From positions 4,857,824 to 4,921,823 of the forward strand of contig MU054391.1 of the NCBI GenBank assembly GCA_013239625.1: a DNA stretch of 64,000 nucleotides. Reading direction: 5' to 3'. The position numbers and the translations under genes are program-made. Shown in pieces: positions 21,902 to 33,519 of the stretch. A model generated the notes under the pieces. It saw only the letters and a list, made by a program, of their open reading frames with translations. It was not told the DNA's origin and searched no databases. Positions within the stretch are counted from its first letter, which is position 1. Each line of letters starts with the position of its first letter. This stretch comes from Lama guanicoe (Eukaryota).

Positions 21902-24619
21902 GGCTACAACTTCCCTGGTCCATTTGTGACCAGAATGACCCAATCACTATTGCCATGTGCCCCATCATGGCCAATGTACCTGAGATGTGCCCTTGACCAT
22001 ATCTCAGTAAAAAGAGCTGGAAACCCTGTCAACTTCCCAAGGAAAGAGAAGCACAACTGGGTTTGGGGATCTGGGAAAGTCTGGGTTTTCTGGGGCTTTT
22101 TTCATTTTCTTTTAGGATCCTTTTTTTATTATTACTCAAACCACTCAGAAATGTCTGAACTTTCCACTTCTAAGTTGGCTGTAAGTCACCTGACATGGGC
22201 GTTGCTAGGTGAGAATTAAAGATCTCAAGTTTGAGACACCATCCTGCTGGGATACAGGAGGAAAGGTTGCCATGGGGATGCTGCTCCATAAGTGATTAGA
22301 CTCCCAGCTACTGAGTATGGAGCTTGGTCCCCTAGAGATAGCACCCACATGGCACCAGACACCTCTAGAGGCTTCTCCTCTGATACCTGTGGCTGCAACC
22401 ATTCTTCACAGCTCTGGGCTCAGGAGCGGAAACCTGGCCCTAGGCTGCTTGGTAGAGCAGGAGATGCTGGGCTCCAAGAAAGAGACTGACAGCTCTCAGA
22501 GGCTCAGGTAGGGGGTGGGTGAGAGGGGACCATCTTCCACATGCATCTTGAGCTCTGCTTCACCTGCCTGAAGCTGAGTTCACGTCTAACCCCTAAGGAC
22601 CTGGTCCAGCCACAGAGGTCACACTGCCAGGTCTAAGAGGCAGGACTCAGCCAGCAGCCAGAAGACAGAGCAGTGGGTCCAAAGCCAGAGGGTCTCCTGG
22701 TTAATTCACTTAGTTCTCAGAACAACTGCAGGACACAAGTGCAGCAGACTCCAGGTGCAGAGGGGCTGAAGCAACTGGGAGGCCAGTGGGACCAAACCAG
22801 AGGGCAGCATGGTGGGGGAGATGGGCATGCGCAGATGGAAGTGGGGTGTGAAGGTGCCCAGCCAGGGGCCGACCCCACAAGGCAGCAAGGGTGGTCCTGG
22901 GTCAGGGCACCTCTCAGGAGCCAGAACAGCTCATTTCAAACCAAGACAAGGCAGACTAGCTCAAGACAAATTTTAAATGAACCCCAAATCTGGGATAGAT
23001 TTGCAACTAAATCCGAAGATGACACATTTGCTTTGCAGTGAGAAAAATGAGGTTTGAAAGCAAATCTTGAGGTGAGGGTATGATTCTAAAGGAGGACTGA
23101 CAGGAGTTGGAGGGCCCCTCCACCTGCCTGGCCTCCCCAGGTCACCCACAGCACGGTCGCCTCCCCAGGATTCCAGCCAGCCCAGGTGGAGGGCACATCT
23201 GACCTTCGGAGGCTGTTGGCTCTCCTGCGGGCTGACCGCGGGAGTGCGGGGCCCAGAGAACCACAGTGTGCTCCTGAGGAGAGGAAGTGAGCTCGCCCAC
23301 TTCTGCTCCCCGCTCTCCGCCCACGGCAGGACTTCCCGGGGGAGCAGGCTTTCCACCCACATGGGGGCTGGGGAACCTCACTTTCCCCGATAAAGCTCTG
23401 AATATTGGAAAGATGCCAGGCACAATGTAACCAGGGGCCGCCTCAACAGCACAGCACCAAACACGACCGTCCATCCTGTTCCCTGTGTCCCCAACTCATT
23501 ATCTCCCTCCAGGCGTCCTCCAGCAGCCTCCTACCTGGACTGCAGTGACAAAGGGCACCAAAGCCGCCAGCTTTCCCTGGGAGGGCCCTACTGTGAGTGC
23601 CCAGGGCAGCGGTGTAAAACCCCCAAAGGCAGTGTGATGCCTTTGGGGGCTCTAAGAAGCACCTCCTTTTCTAGGCATAGTCTTCAGGGGGCCAGGATGG
23701 AGGCTTACTGATCTACTGACTCAAGCTGCTCTGGGAGGCGATGCTGGAAAACACACCAGCCACCACCTCACAGGCCACTGGGCCACACACTGTAATCCAC
23801 TTCCAGAACCCACACAGAAGCTAGAAGAAGGCTGTCAGGCCAGTTGGGGACGGTAGAAATCTTAACTAAAAGAGACTCACCTAATAACATCAGTGCCCTG
23901 GGAGTGCAGAGGGGGAATGGCCCCGAGGACTGCAGTCAGAAGGTGGTGAGTGCTCGGAGCAGGCGTTGTTTAATGAATATTTGAATATTTATAACCTATT
24001 TAAACATCTACAAGCCAAGAAGGCTCAGTAAGGATGGGCCAAAGAAGCACAGTGGTACCACGGTGCCCTAGAGAAAGATGCCTGCCTTGTGCTGTTTAAA
24101 AGTGACCCAGCGGCAGCATTCCTCTCCCAGCCCCTCCCTCCCCCCATCTCCTGTCACAGGTCTTGTGATATATAACAGCCTTTCCCGAGTCTAAATATCT
24201 TCTCAGGGCTTTCTGGCTTCCTGGAAGGATTTGGAGAGAGTTGTCACACTGTGCTTCTCAAGGTTGCAACTTTGTAATCTTGTACTGTTAAAATCCAGCA
24301 CTTAATAAACTAGCAATGACTGCACATTTGCAATGAATCTCCATGTTCTGGAGAGTTCCAGCTTGTACATGGAAGCTGGTTCTTATAAATACTGGTTAAT
24401 TAGCTGTACTATAGTTTGATTTATTGAAGTAACTAGTTGCTCTCCGTCTATGTGGTGGTTAACAGCTTGTGAAACGGTTTTTACGTACATTAGCCAGTGG
24501 CTGGAACTTAATCAGTGCTTTCTAAAAGCTTATGGATCTGAATTGAGGTATCTAATTTGATTTTCAAAAGGGCCTATGAGGGGTCAGATATTTGTTGGAG
24601 GGAGAGGCTGCCTTTTTCA

Positions 24620-25306
24620 AATGTGATCACTACAAATGTTGTACAATGTCAAGTTAGCCTCCTGCCCGTTTCAGAGCCCCCCCCACACACACACACTCTC
24701 TCTAGAAGTAACACCATCCTGGTTCCTATGGATCTGTCCAGAAATTTTCCATCTACACAAATACATACAAATACCTTTCTGCAAAGAATGGATGTATATC
24801 ATTGCCACAAGTGTTTATCTTTTTGTTTAACTATAATAACATCTTGGCATGCTTTCATATAAAATGTATCTTATGCATTTCAACAGCCGTGTAATATTCC
24901 CTTTTATGGGCATGACATCAATTACTGACCAAGCTCCTCATTTATCACTTTTACAAATCTTGCCATAATGAGCAAGCCTGTTCCCATACCTTCACTTGCA
25001 TCACCAGAGTCTATCTGAAGAATAAATTTTTCTAGAATTAGAATTAGAGGCCTCAAAATATGTGCACTTGTGGTGTTGATAGCTGATGTGAAATTCCCAC
25101 CAAATAAAGTGAAATTGGGACCAGTTTACACTACCACCAACTGGGTGTGGGAACCCTCTTTCTTCACGCAGCTCAACACTGCAGTGACCAAACTGCCACT
25201 CCAATTGGTGAAAAATGGCATCTCCTCTGATTGGCAGTTATGAATCAGGGAAGCTGAGCACCTTTTCATGTATTCCCAAGTTGTTGGGTTTTCGTTTTGT
25301 GAAGTG
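24620..25306 (-). mobile_element. L1ME-like fragment
   Basis: 'accagtttacactaccaccaa..gtgaaaaatggcatctc..gctgagcaccttttcatgt..ttttgtgaagtg' matches the antisense ORF2 end and 3' UTR. Confidence 0.7.
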
Positions 25307-26139
25307 GGACAAAGGCTCAGAGAAGACGTACAGCAAAATTTTCAAATGTTTTCTCTCAGGAACTGGGGAGCAGCCACCCCTGCCTGCTGTCAGCTCCAAG
25401 GTAATAACTCATAAGAATCCAAATGGACCAGCCAACAAACACCCCCAATTTCATGCTCAGGCCAAAACTATTTCTGCCAAATTTATCTGCAAACTCAGCT
25501 GCCAAATGGAGGAGAAATTGAGTTGACTTGTTTGGTGACCGGATGTAACGCTTTACAGCTCCGAGTTTCCGGGGCCCGATCACCCAAGTGTCTGTTAGCC
25601 TTTGTTAAAACTCGCCGCTGTCACGTGCAGAAGGAGCCAGCGGGGTGCCCTGACATGCCTGTGGAACCACTGCATCTGTTCATCCCAACTGAGCAAAGTT
25701 TGTCTCCTTTTTATTTTTCCCATTTCCCATATTAACATCGTCTTTAATTTCCTCTCTGTGTAGGTGAGACATGCATGTAGTTCACAACTAGAGACAACAG
25801 ACCCAGGTGAACACTGAGAGATCATCTACCTCTCCCCCTTCCCTCTTTAGCTTCTCATCCCTTTAGAGTTAATAGTTTTTATCATTAAAATAACAGGAGC
25901 TTTTCTTCACTTCATTTGAAATTCCCCAAATTTTAAAATGTATAATAGTGCATCGGCTTTTTCAAATGCTTTTGGAGGCCTCTGACCCCCTTGCCCTCAC
26001 CCAGAAGTCGCCCTCGTCCTCCCTTCTGAGAGTCCCTGGACCAGAGCTCTCCAAGGCCCTGCCCAGAACTAAGACCACAGGGTAAACGTGAGAGGGAGCC
26101 AGAGTTCAGCTGCTATTAAAAAAAAAAAAAAAAGTTTTA

Positions 26140-26292
26140 AGCATCAAAGTTTCCCAGCAAGGAAACTGCCATTTGGTGAGTGAGTATCTCCTCCCTGGAG
26201 CTTCGGGGAGATGCATTCAGGGACACTGCAGAGATTTCTGCACTTGTCCAGAGGAAGGAGCGTTAGTTTCTTCCACTTTCAAAATTCCATGT
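26140..26292 (+). mobile_element. L3/CR1 3' end fragment
   Basis: 'gtgagtatctcctccctggag..agggacactgcagagatttctgcac..cttccactttcaaaattccatg' follows the CR1 3' end layout. Confidence 0.5.
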
Positions 26293-26294
26293 TG

Positions 26295-26450
26295 AAATTC
26301 ATTCATCTGTTTAATCAGTAAACATATATGAAGCTTCCTGTGTCCTTAGCAAAGTGATGGGAGTCACTTACCCAAAGCTGAAGCGTAAATCATCTCTGCG
26401 TTCAGGGAGCTGATGGTCCGACAGACATACATCCAAGTCCAGGACTGTCA
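26295..26450 (-). mobile_element. L2 3' end fragment
   Basis: 'attcattcatctgtttaatcagtaaacatatatgaagcttcctgtgt..ctctgcgttcagggagctgatggtc'. Confidence 0.55.
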
Positions 26451-27204
26451 GACACAGTGGCGCCAGTTTTGCAACGCACAGATTTCCCAACTGCATGGAT
26501 GTCGAGTCAGACAGATAACTAGTTAGCAGACAGACAGACAGACACATAGGAAAGACTGTCATTAGATGCCGAGCGTCAGTGGGACGGGGCGGGTGGGAAG
26601 CAGAAGGTAACGGGAATAGATTTGGAGAAGAGGGCTCCTGGCTGAATCCTGAGCCTCTCCTCACCCACAGGCCCCCGCTTTTCAGGCGCCAAAAGGTGAG
26701 ATGGACGTGCTCTCAGAAGGAAGGGGCGCCGCCGGGTTCCGGGGAGGAAACAGGGGACCTGGGCTCTGTTCTGGGCTCTGCCTCTGCCTGACTCAGCCTT
26801 GGGCAGCCAGGCGGCCTTCCTTCCAGAGTCTTCTCCATCTGAACAGCAAGCTACCTGATTCCTTTCCCGCCTTGTGGAGCCATCAGCCATGTGCACAGGG
26901 CTCTAAAGCCCCATAAAAATCCATCCTCAGCTGGTGACCCAAGACCCAGACTCTGCTGAAAGAGGAGAGTCTCTCCAAAGAGAAGTGGTACCTCTGGGAG
27001 GAACCCAGAGGCAGAAGGGGAGGAACCCAAACCTCTGCAGGGCCCACTGTCCTCCAGGCTGGTCCCTTGCAGAGAATTTATCCCAAGCTGCAGAGGAAGG
27101 GAGAGAGCGGGAAACAAAGGAAACCACACGGGGCGGCATCTAATCTGGGCCAGACCCGTGCTGGGGGCTCGATACCCATCGTTCTACTGTGTAAACAAAA
27201 TCAT

Positions 27205-28052
27205 TACTATGGTCCCAACTGTGTGCCCCAAAACTCATTTGTTGAAGTCCTAACTCCTGGTACCTCAGAATGAGACTGTATTTGGAGACAGAGCCTTTAA
27301 AGAGGTGAAGTAGTTAAAATGAGGTCACCCAGGTGGGCCCTAATCCCACATGACTTGTGTCCTTATAAGAAGAGGAGATGAGGCCACAGACACGCCTGGC
27401 CCATGTGAGGACCCAGGGAAAAGACAGCTGTCTGTCTAGAGGACAAGGAGAAAGGTCGCAGTGAGGCAGAAAGCCCTGTAAAAAAGACTGGCAGGACCCC
27501 CAAGCAGGGCCACTACTCTCGTGCGGGCACCATCCGGTTCCCTGGCCCAGAGGCTCTATCTCACTTTTTGCCTCTGAAACGGCTCACTTACCCCTAAAAG
27601 TCTATTGGTTCCCTGAGCTCACTTCTGGTCATTTCCTTCACTCCTGATTGGTCTATTTCTACAAGGCTTGTTCCTGGTTGGTCAACTTCTGTTACACTCT
27701 GTTTGCATATGATGTTGCAAAGTGTAAAACTGGCAGCCTATAAAGGCCTGTGTAAACCTACAGACAGGGTCCAGAGCTTGGAGTGTTAACTCCTCTGGGC
27801 CCACTGGTGTAATGAACCTGAGTTCTCCAACTCTCCAAGCGCTGCTTGGTCTCTCGCCCAGACCCAGGTTGCCGTCACAACTGAGCTGTAACCCCGAGCT
27901 CTAACACATTTTTCCGCAACAGCAGGAGAAACCAACCGGCCCACACGTCAATCTTGGACTTCCAGCCTCCAGAAGTGTGAGAAAATGAATGTCTGTAGTT
28001 TCAGCCCCCAGCCCAAGGCATCTTGGTAACACTGTCCCAGCAAACTGATACA
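27205..28052 (+). mobile_element. MLT1B-like MaLR solo LTR interrupted by a younger LTR (halves 27205-27461 and 27922-28052)
   Basis: 'gttgaagtcctaactcctggtacctcagaatgagactgtatttggaga' and 'ggagaaaccaacc..tcttggacttccagcctccagaa..caaactgataca'; collinear with the uninterrupted copy at 39696. Confidence 0.9.
27462..27921 (+). mobile_element. ERV (class I-like) solo LTR, 460 bp
   Basis: TG...CA termini, perfect 4-bp TSD GCAG (27458-61 / 27922-25), inverted CCAAT boxes, TATAAA 27739-44, AATGAA at the likely polyA position 27811-16. Confidence 0.88.
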
Positions 28053-29073
28053 AGTATTATTTATCACCCCGATACTTTCCATCTTTCTTCTTTTCTGAGC
28101 CATGTGTGGTTGCCCTCCTTCTGTGAGTAGGTAAAAAGTCCTTATGAGAGGAAGCCACAGGCTGTGTCCCCTGTGTACACACACACACACTCTCCATAAT
28201 GCCCTCCATCCATCAAGCCTTCTGAAAAGACGTGCTCACGTCTACCAATTCAAGCACTGATTATCGTCCAGGTGAATCCTGATTCATGAGTGATCTTAAA
28301 AAATGAGAGAGCCCCTTTGCAATGTGACAAGAGGATCTCGAGGGACTGCCGACCCGTGTGTCTAAACAGCCTCGACTGATTTCTCCTTTTCCTCCTCACT
28401 GCCCACGCCCCACCCCGGGGAAGCCTTTCCCCAGGTCATCAGCCACTTGACCAAACGTTTCCATGGCGTGTATTTGGAGGAGATGATACACTTCCCCTTC
28501 CTTTTTAATAAATAAGGATACAGATATGATTTTAAGATTGGGTTCAAGCAGGAACCAGGAGGCCCGTGGGGAGCACTGAAATGTTCCCTTCCCTCCAGGC
28601 TCCAAGTGCACACGTCCGGTGGCCGCGGTGCTGGACAGCGCCTCAGCTGGCCGGGTCCCTGACCAGGAGGATGGAGACGTCCGTTCAGAGCCCTGCAGAT
28701 GTCCCTGAAGGTCCCTTAACTTCATTTTCCTCACAAGGGGTCACCCCAGCCACCAGGAGCTCGGCAGCATCCCAGGATTTGTAACCCACTTTCGTTCCCG
28801 GCAAAAGGCTGGTCTTTTCTGAAGGAAGTCACTGCTCTGGAAACAAGAGTCATAGACAAGCTGAAAGGGCTTCTACCCACCAGAAACAGTAAGCCACTTT
28901 GAGGTGGCTGTTTCCCCTGATAAACTCTCAAAAGATACCGTTTAGTCCACACTGGAATGTGGGCTTCGTCTTCTCTGAACGGCTCTACCCAGTGAAAACG
29001 TACTCCATCCAGTGAAACCGTTGACATAAAACACTTTAAATAAATTTTTGTTTTTCACGATGTTATTTTACTG

Positions 29074-29106
29074 AAACAAAAACAAAACAAAACAAAACAA
29101 AACAAG
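29074..29106. repeat. (AAAAC)n microsatellite
   Basis: aaacaaaaacaaaacaaaacaaaacaaaacaa. Confidence 0.9.
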
Positions 29107-30326
29107 AGACTAAAACAAGAATCCAAATTACCCTCGAGCTCATCCCCTAATAAAAATGAATCTTTCTCTTTATCCAGACTCTTCTCTTTCATAGGTAACA
29201 TTCAGTTCTCACCCACAAAAAAATGTTAAATGAAGTAAATAAGATGTAGTTCGTTTTTCCCTTTCTGAGAAATGTGCTTTCTTCGGGAAGTCACAAGGGT
29301 AATAATGTGAAAATGAACAGAAATCACCAAGGATGTGAGTCATGGGGTTATCGGCTGTCCTCAGATGGCCCAGGGCCTGAGGTCAGGGCCCCCGTCCCAA
29401 GCGTAAGGGGGTTCTGGCTGTGCCTGCTTCTCTCAAGGGAGGAAGCACCGCCACCAGCCCCAGAAGTGGGTCACCAGAGTCTCTTACAATTTGAGCAGCA
29501 CTTTGCCTTCAAAAGATATGTTTACACACATCCTCCCCGTCAGTTACACCTTAGGCTGGTAAGACTGGTACCTATCTGAGGAAACCCACCTGTCCACATC
29601 AGAATGTCCCCTCGCCTGTGTCCCTGCCCTCCTTACCTGCACTGACCTCAGAGGAGTGGTCCGGCCAGCAAGCCAACTCGCGAGGACCGGAGGCTGACTC
29701 TCATCCTTTCCCAGACAAGCTGTATCAAGACACCTTTCCTCCAGGAAACCTCTCTGGGCAGCGGGAAGCGTTTCCAGGTTTGGAGGGCCCAGCCCTCACC
29801 TGCTGCAGCTTTTCCCTCTGCGCCTGCTTCTGGGGCCTGAATTTCCCGGGAAGAGCAGTGTAGACAGCGATCCGGCTGTGAGGATGCTGCAAGACCCCCT
29901 TCCTCCCTGCCCCACCCTCAGGCTGGCCAGAGCCCGCCAGAGGCTTCTGCACAGGGGCTGCAGCCCAGACGCCTGGCTCCGGCCCTGCTTCCACACCCCT
30001 CCTGTCCCATGCAGGGAAACGGCCCTGTGGCCTCCCTCCTCGGCCAAGTCTGCAACCTGCCTCCCTCCTCGGCCCTGACGAGGAAGTCCCACTACAGCCC
30101 CCGGAACCCTCCAAGGGGAGGGGAGAGGACCGAGGGCCCCCTAACCATGTTCTGTGCCACATGGTCAATTTCAGAGCATCAGAGACCAAGTCAGAACCAT
30201 GGGGGACAAAGCAGGAGAAAGTGCCAACCGCTCACACCACGACAGCCGGCGCCCTGCTGTGCCCCGGCCTACGCTCCCAATTCTTCTCTCTCTTTTTTTC
30301 TCCAGAATAATGCTGGCACCTGGCCA

Positions 30327-30341
30327 AATACAGACACAAAT

Positions 30342-30373
<32 letters not shown>

Positions 30374-30600
30374 ATATACAAACACACAAATACACACACA
30401 TATACACATACACACATACACATAGAAATACACACATATGCACACACACATATACACAGACACACAGAAATACACACACACATATACAAACACACACATA
30501 CACACACAAACACACACATATACGCACACACCACACATATACAAACACACACACAAACACACATACACGCACAAATATACACACACACACAACACACAGA
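30327..30600. repeat. Long degenerate (CA)n/(CATA)n microsatellite
   Basis: About 270 bp of CA repeats interrupted by TA/AA; source of the HT- and CV-rich ORFs. Confidence 0.97.
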
Positions 30601-32669
30601 CTGCCACCCTCATTAAACTATCTGTGTCCAGAAATTGCAATATTCAATAGGACAAAACGAAATTAAATGCTTCTGGTAGAACCAGAGGAGGAAAGAGAGG
30701 GTCGGGGGCACCTTTGCTCAGATATCAGCTCCTAAGTGTTACCAACACCGTCTCGTCCAGTGGAAGCACCCACAGCATCACTGCCAACATTTCCCAAGCA
30801 CAGCCCTGCATCCTGCTTCCTGTATCCAGTTCTTCCCCCTTTCTCTCCTTCTCTCCATCACCCAAAAGCCACAGACATCCTGCACATGCAGCCGCCCTGC
30901 TGGGAGGAAGGCCTGATCACAGTGGGACACAGCGGCACTTGGTAACTGTGGGCCATGGAGGGGAGAGCAGCAGGGGTTTTCTGGAAGAGGCCCCAGAGAC
31001 CACTCTCTGGTCTCCAGTTTGGGAGACAGCCAGGGCCATGGTGCCGTCTCCAAGAGACAGAGGGCGTGACCTCTAAGAATAACTCAACCCTCCCAGGAAT
31101 TCCGTGTCTGCCTCCTCCTGGCAGCCTTCCCAGGGGCCCCTCTGTCTTCCGGCCGCAGCTCCCTCCACTGGGATAAGGAGGATTCAAGGAGGCACCACCT
31201 GCAGGCAGGCGAGCTGCTCTGCAGAAAAAGCTCCTGCTCCTTTCCTGTCTAGAGAAAGAACCAGGACACAGTCCCTGCCCGCACGGGCCAGGTCGGGGAG
31301 GGTTGGGTTCAGGGAGCCCTGAACTGGGCCAGAAGTGCTCCCCGAGGCAGACCCATGGGGGAAGCCTGAGTCCAAGTTCCCCGGGGCCTGGGTCCACAGG
31401 AGGGAGGCAGGATGAGCTGGAGGAGGCGCTTTGCTGCCTCCGGGGTGGATGCCACAGTCATGGGACCCACTCCAGGTGGCCGGGCTAACTCCTGTTTCCT
31501 CAATCAGGTCTGCAGGATCCCAGCTGAGCCAAAATTCAGAGCCAAAAACCCTCGAGCCGGGTCTACCCTCTCCACCAGGCTCACAGCAGAGGCCTGGGAT
31601 CGGGGCCTCACAGCCAAACGAAGCAACATCGGTCACCAGACAAATGCTGGGTGTTCTCCGGGGCTTCCACAGCAGACAGGAGAGGCTGCTCTGAGTTTTT
31701 ACTAACTTGCCAAAAAAGCCCCTTGCTTTCTCCCAAGCTTCCCCTTGCATGGGTTCTTCCTTTACACCCGGTTCTCCTCCAAGCCCATCAAACCTGGGCC
31801 CTCTCGTGGTCAAGGGCTCGAGGGTCCCACAGGTTTCAAGGGAGAACAGGCTTCCTGCTTCGAGGGGCAGGGTGCAAACACCTTCCGAAGTCCAGCTTAA
31901 TTGGAAATAACTCACAGAACAATCCAGGCCACCAAGAGCTCTCTTGACAGCAATGAATTCTCAGCAAAGGTCTCAGGCGTTGAGGCCCCCAGAGCGGAGG
32001 GCACCTCCTCTGAGGTGGCCCCCGGTTCATCATGGGCTGGGTGAACCCACTTCCCTCAGATGATGTGAACCCAGGCAGCCGAAGTCCCGACCACAGCAAC
32101 TGAGGAACCAGATGCAGAGTGTGACCCTCAGAAATCCCCACGACGCGGCCTCAGGCACCTACAGCCGTCAGGGGCACGGAGGGGCTGCAGCTGTGGTCTG
32201 GTTGCAACTTCACAGTCACAAAAAAATTAATGGAAAGACTCTTAAGCTCCGGATGAACATTGCATGAAAAAAATGAAACGATCTCTCTTTTTTTTTTTAA
32301 ACTTGGGAACTGTGTCATACCTCTCCGTGCACATTACACATTTCGCAGTTCAGAGACCGTGAGCATCAGTCCTTCTGATGTAGCATAGCCTCATTCACAT
32401 ATTGTTTCCTGAAAGACAGGTCTTGAAACTTTAAGTAAAAGAATGGGAAGGATGTGAACCATGCTGTCCATGTGAAGAACAAAGAATCATCGTTCAATTT
32501 AAATTAGAAAGTTAAAAGTAGTAATAAGATAGAAGGGAAACTTACCTTCCCCTAACTCAAGAACCATTCACCTGCAATCACTGCGGAAACCCTTGAAAAC
32601 ATTTGTAAGGATGGAGGCAGGCTTGCCTGGATCCTGGATCTTCATACACCACTGAGCAGTGGCTGGAAC

Positions 32670-33480
32670 CCTTTCCAGAAGCAAAGAAACAATACGTGCA
32701 TTCTTAAAATGTTTTAATCATTTGACCCAGAACCCTGCCTGCTGGGAGCTTGCACTAAGAAAATAATTTAAAAGAACAAAAATGCTACACAGACAGATAC
32801 ATTCACTGTGGCGTTATTTACATGTTAAAAGTTGACCACAACTTAAGTATTCAGCACTGGACACAATCAGTAAATTATGTCCTATCACTTGAATATAGTC
32901 TTGCAGGGGGGTTAAAATTAGCCTTGTAGCAGCAAGGGAAAGGTTGTTAGTACTGCTCCACGAAAACCTACAGAAAACGTGTGACTGCTGGGTAAGGTCA
33001 CGAAGGCACTTCCCCAAAATGAAAGCAGTTGTTGACTTCCTTTTTTTCCCAACCGTCTATCTAAATGCCCTTCACTTTGTTCTAGAACATTCTCAGGGAA
33101 CAATTGTATATTCGTTTTATTAGGATGCTGCAAACTAGGGGCTCACTATTTCAAAATCACTTTTGAGAATTTATTCTAAGGAAATTATCTCACATTCATT
33201 GCTATACTATTTCCAATTTTTTTAATGAGAATAACATAAATGACCAATAATAAGGGATTGCACATGTAATACATGTCCAGACAGTGGACTATCGTGGTGC
33301 CAATCAGAATTACAACGTGGGAGAAGACTCGCAGGGAAATGTTTCAGATAACGTTGAGTGAGTAAAGCAAACTGTAAAATCGATCAGAAGTCTGATTCCT
33401 CTTTTGTAAAATATGCACTTTCTTTCATTTTAACTTCTTATTTTTTTTCTCTCATACAATAAAGTTATTCGAAAATGGAA
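32670..33480 (+). mobile_element. Degraded L1ME-like fragments
   Basis: 'tcatttgacccagaaccctgcctgctgggag..taagaaaataat', 'ttgagaatttattctaaggaaattatc', 'gggaaatgtttcagataacgttgagtgag'. Confidence 0.55.
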
Positions 33481-33519
33481 GAAAGGTTCCCAGCGCTGAG
33501 ACTGGTAATTTAAGCAGAA

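Noticed and set aside
30154..30666. His/Thr-rich and Cys/Val-rich ORFs
   Set aside because: Translations of the CA/TG microsatellite
31184..31915. 243-aa minus-strand ORF
   Set aside because: No recognisable homology, no ATG at the listed start, no clear exon boundaries
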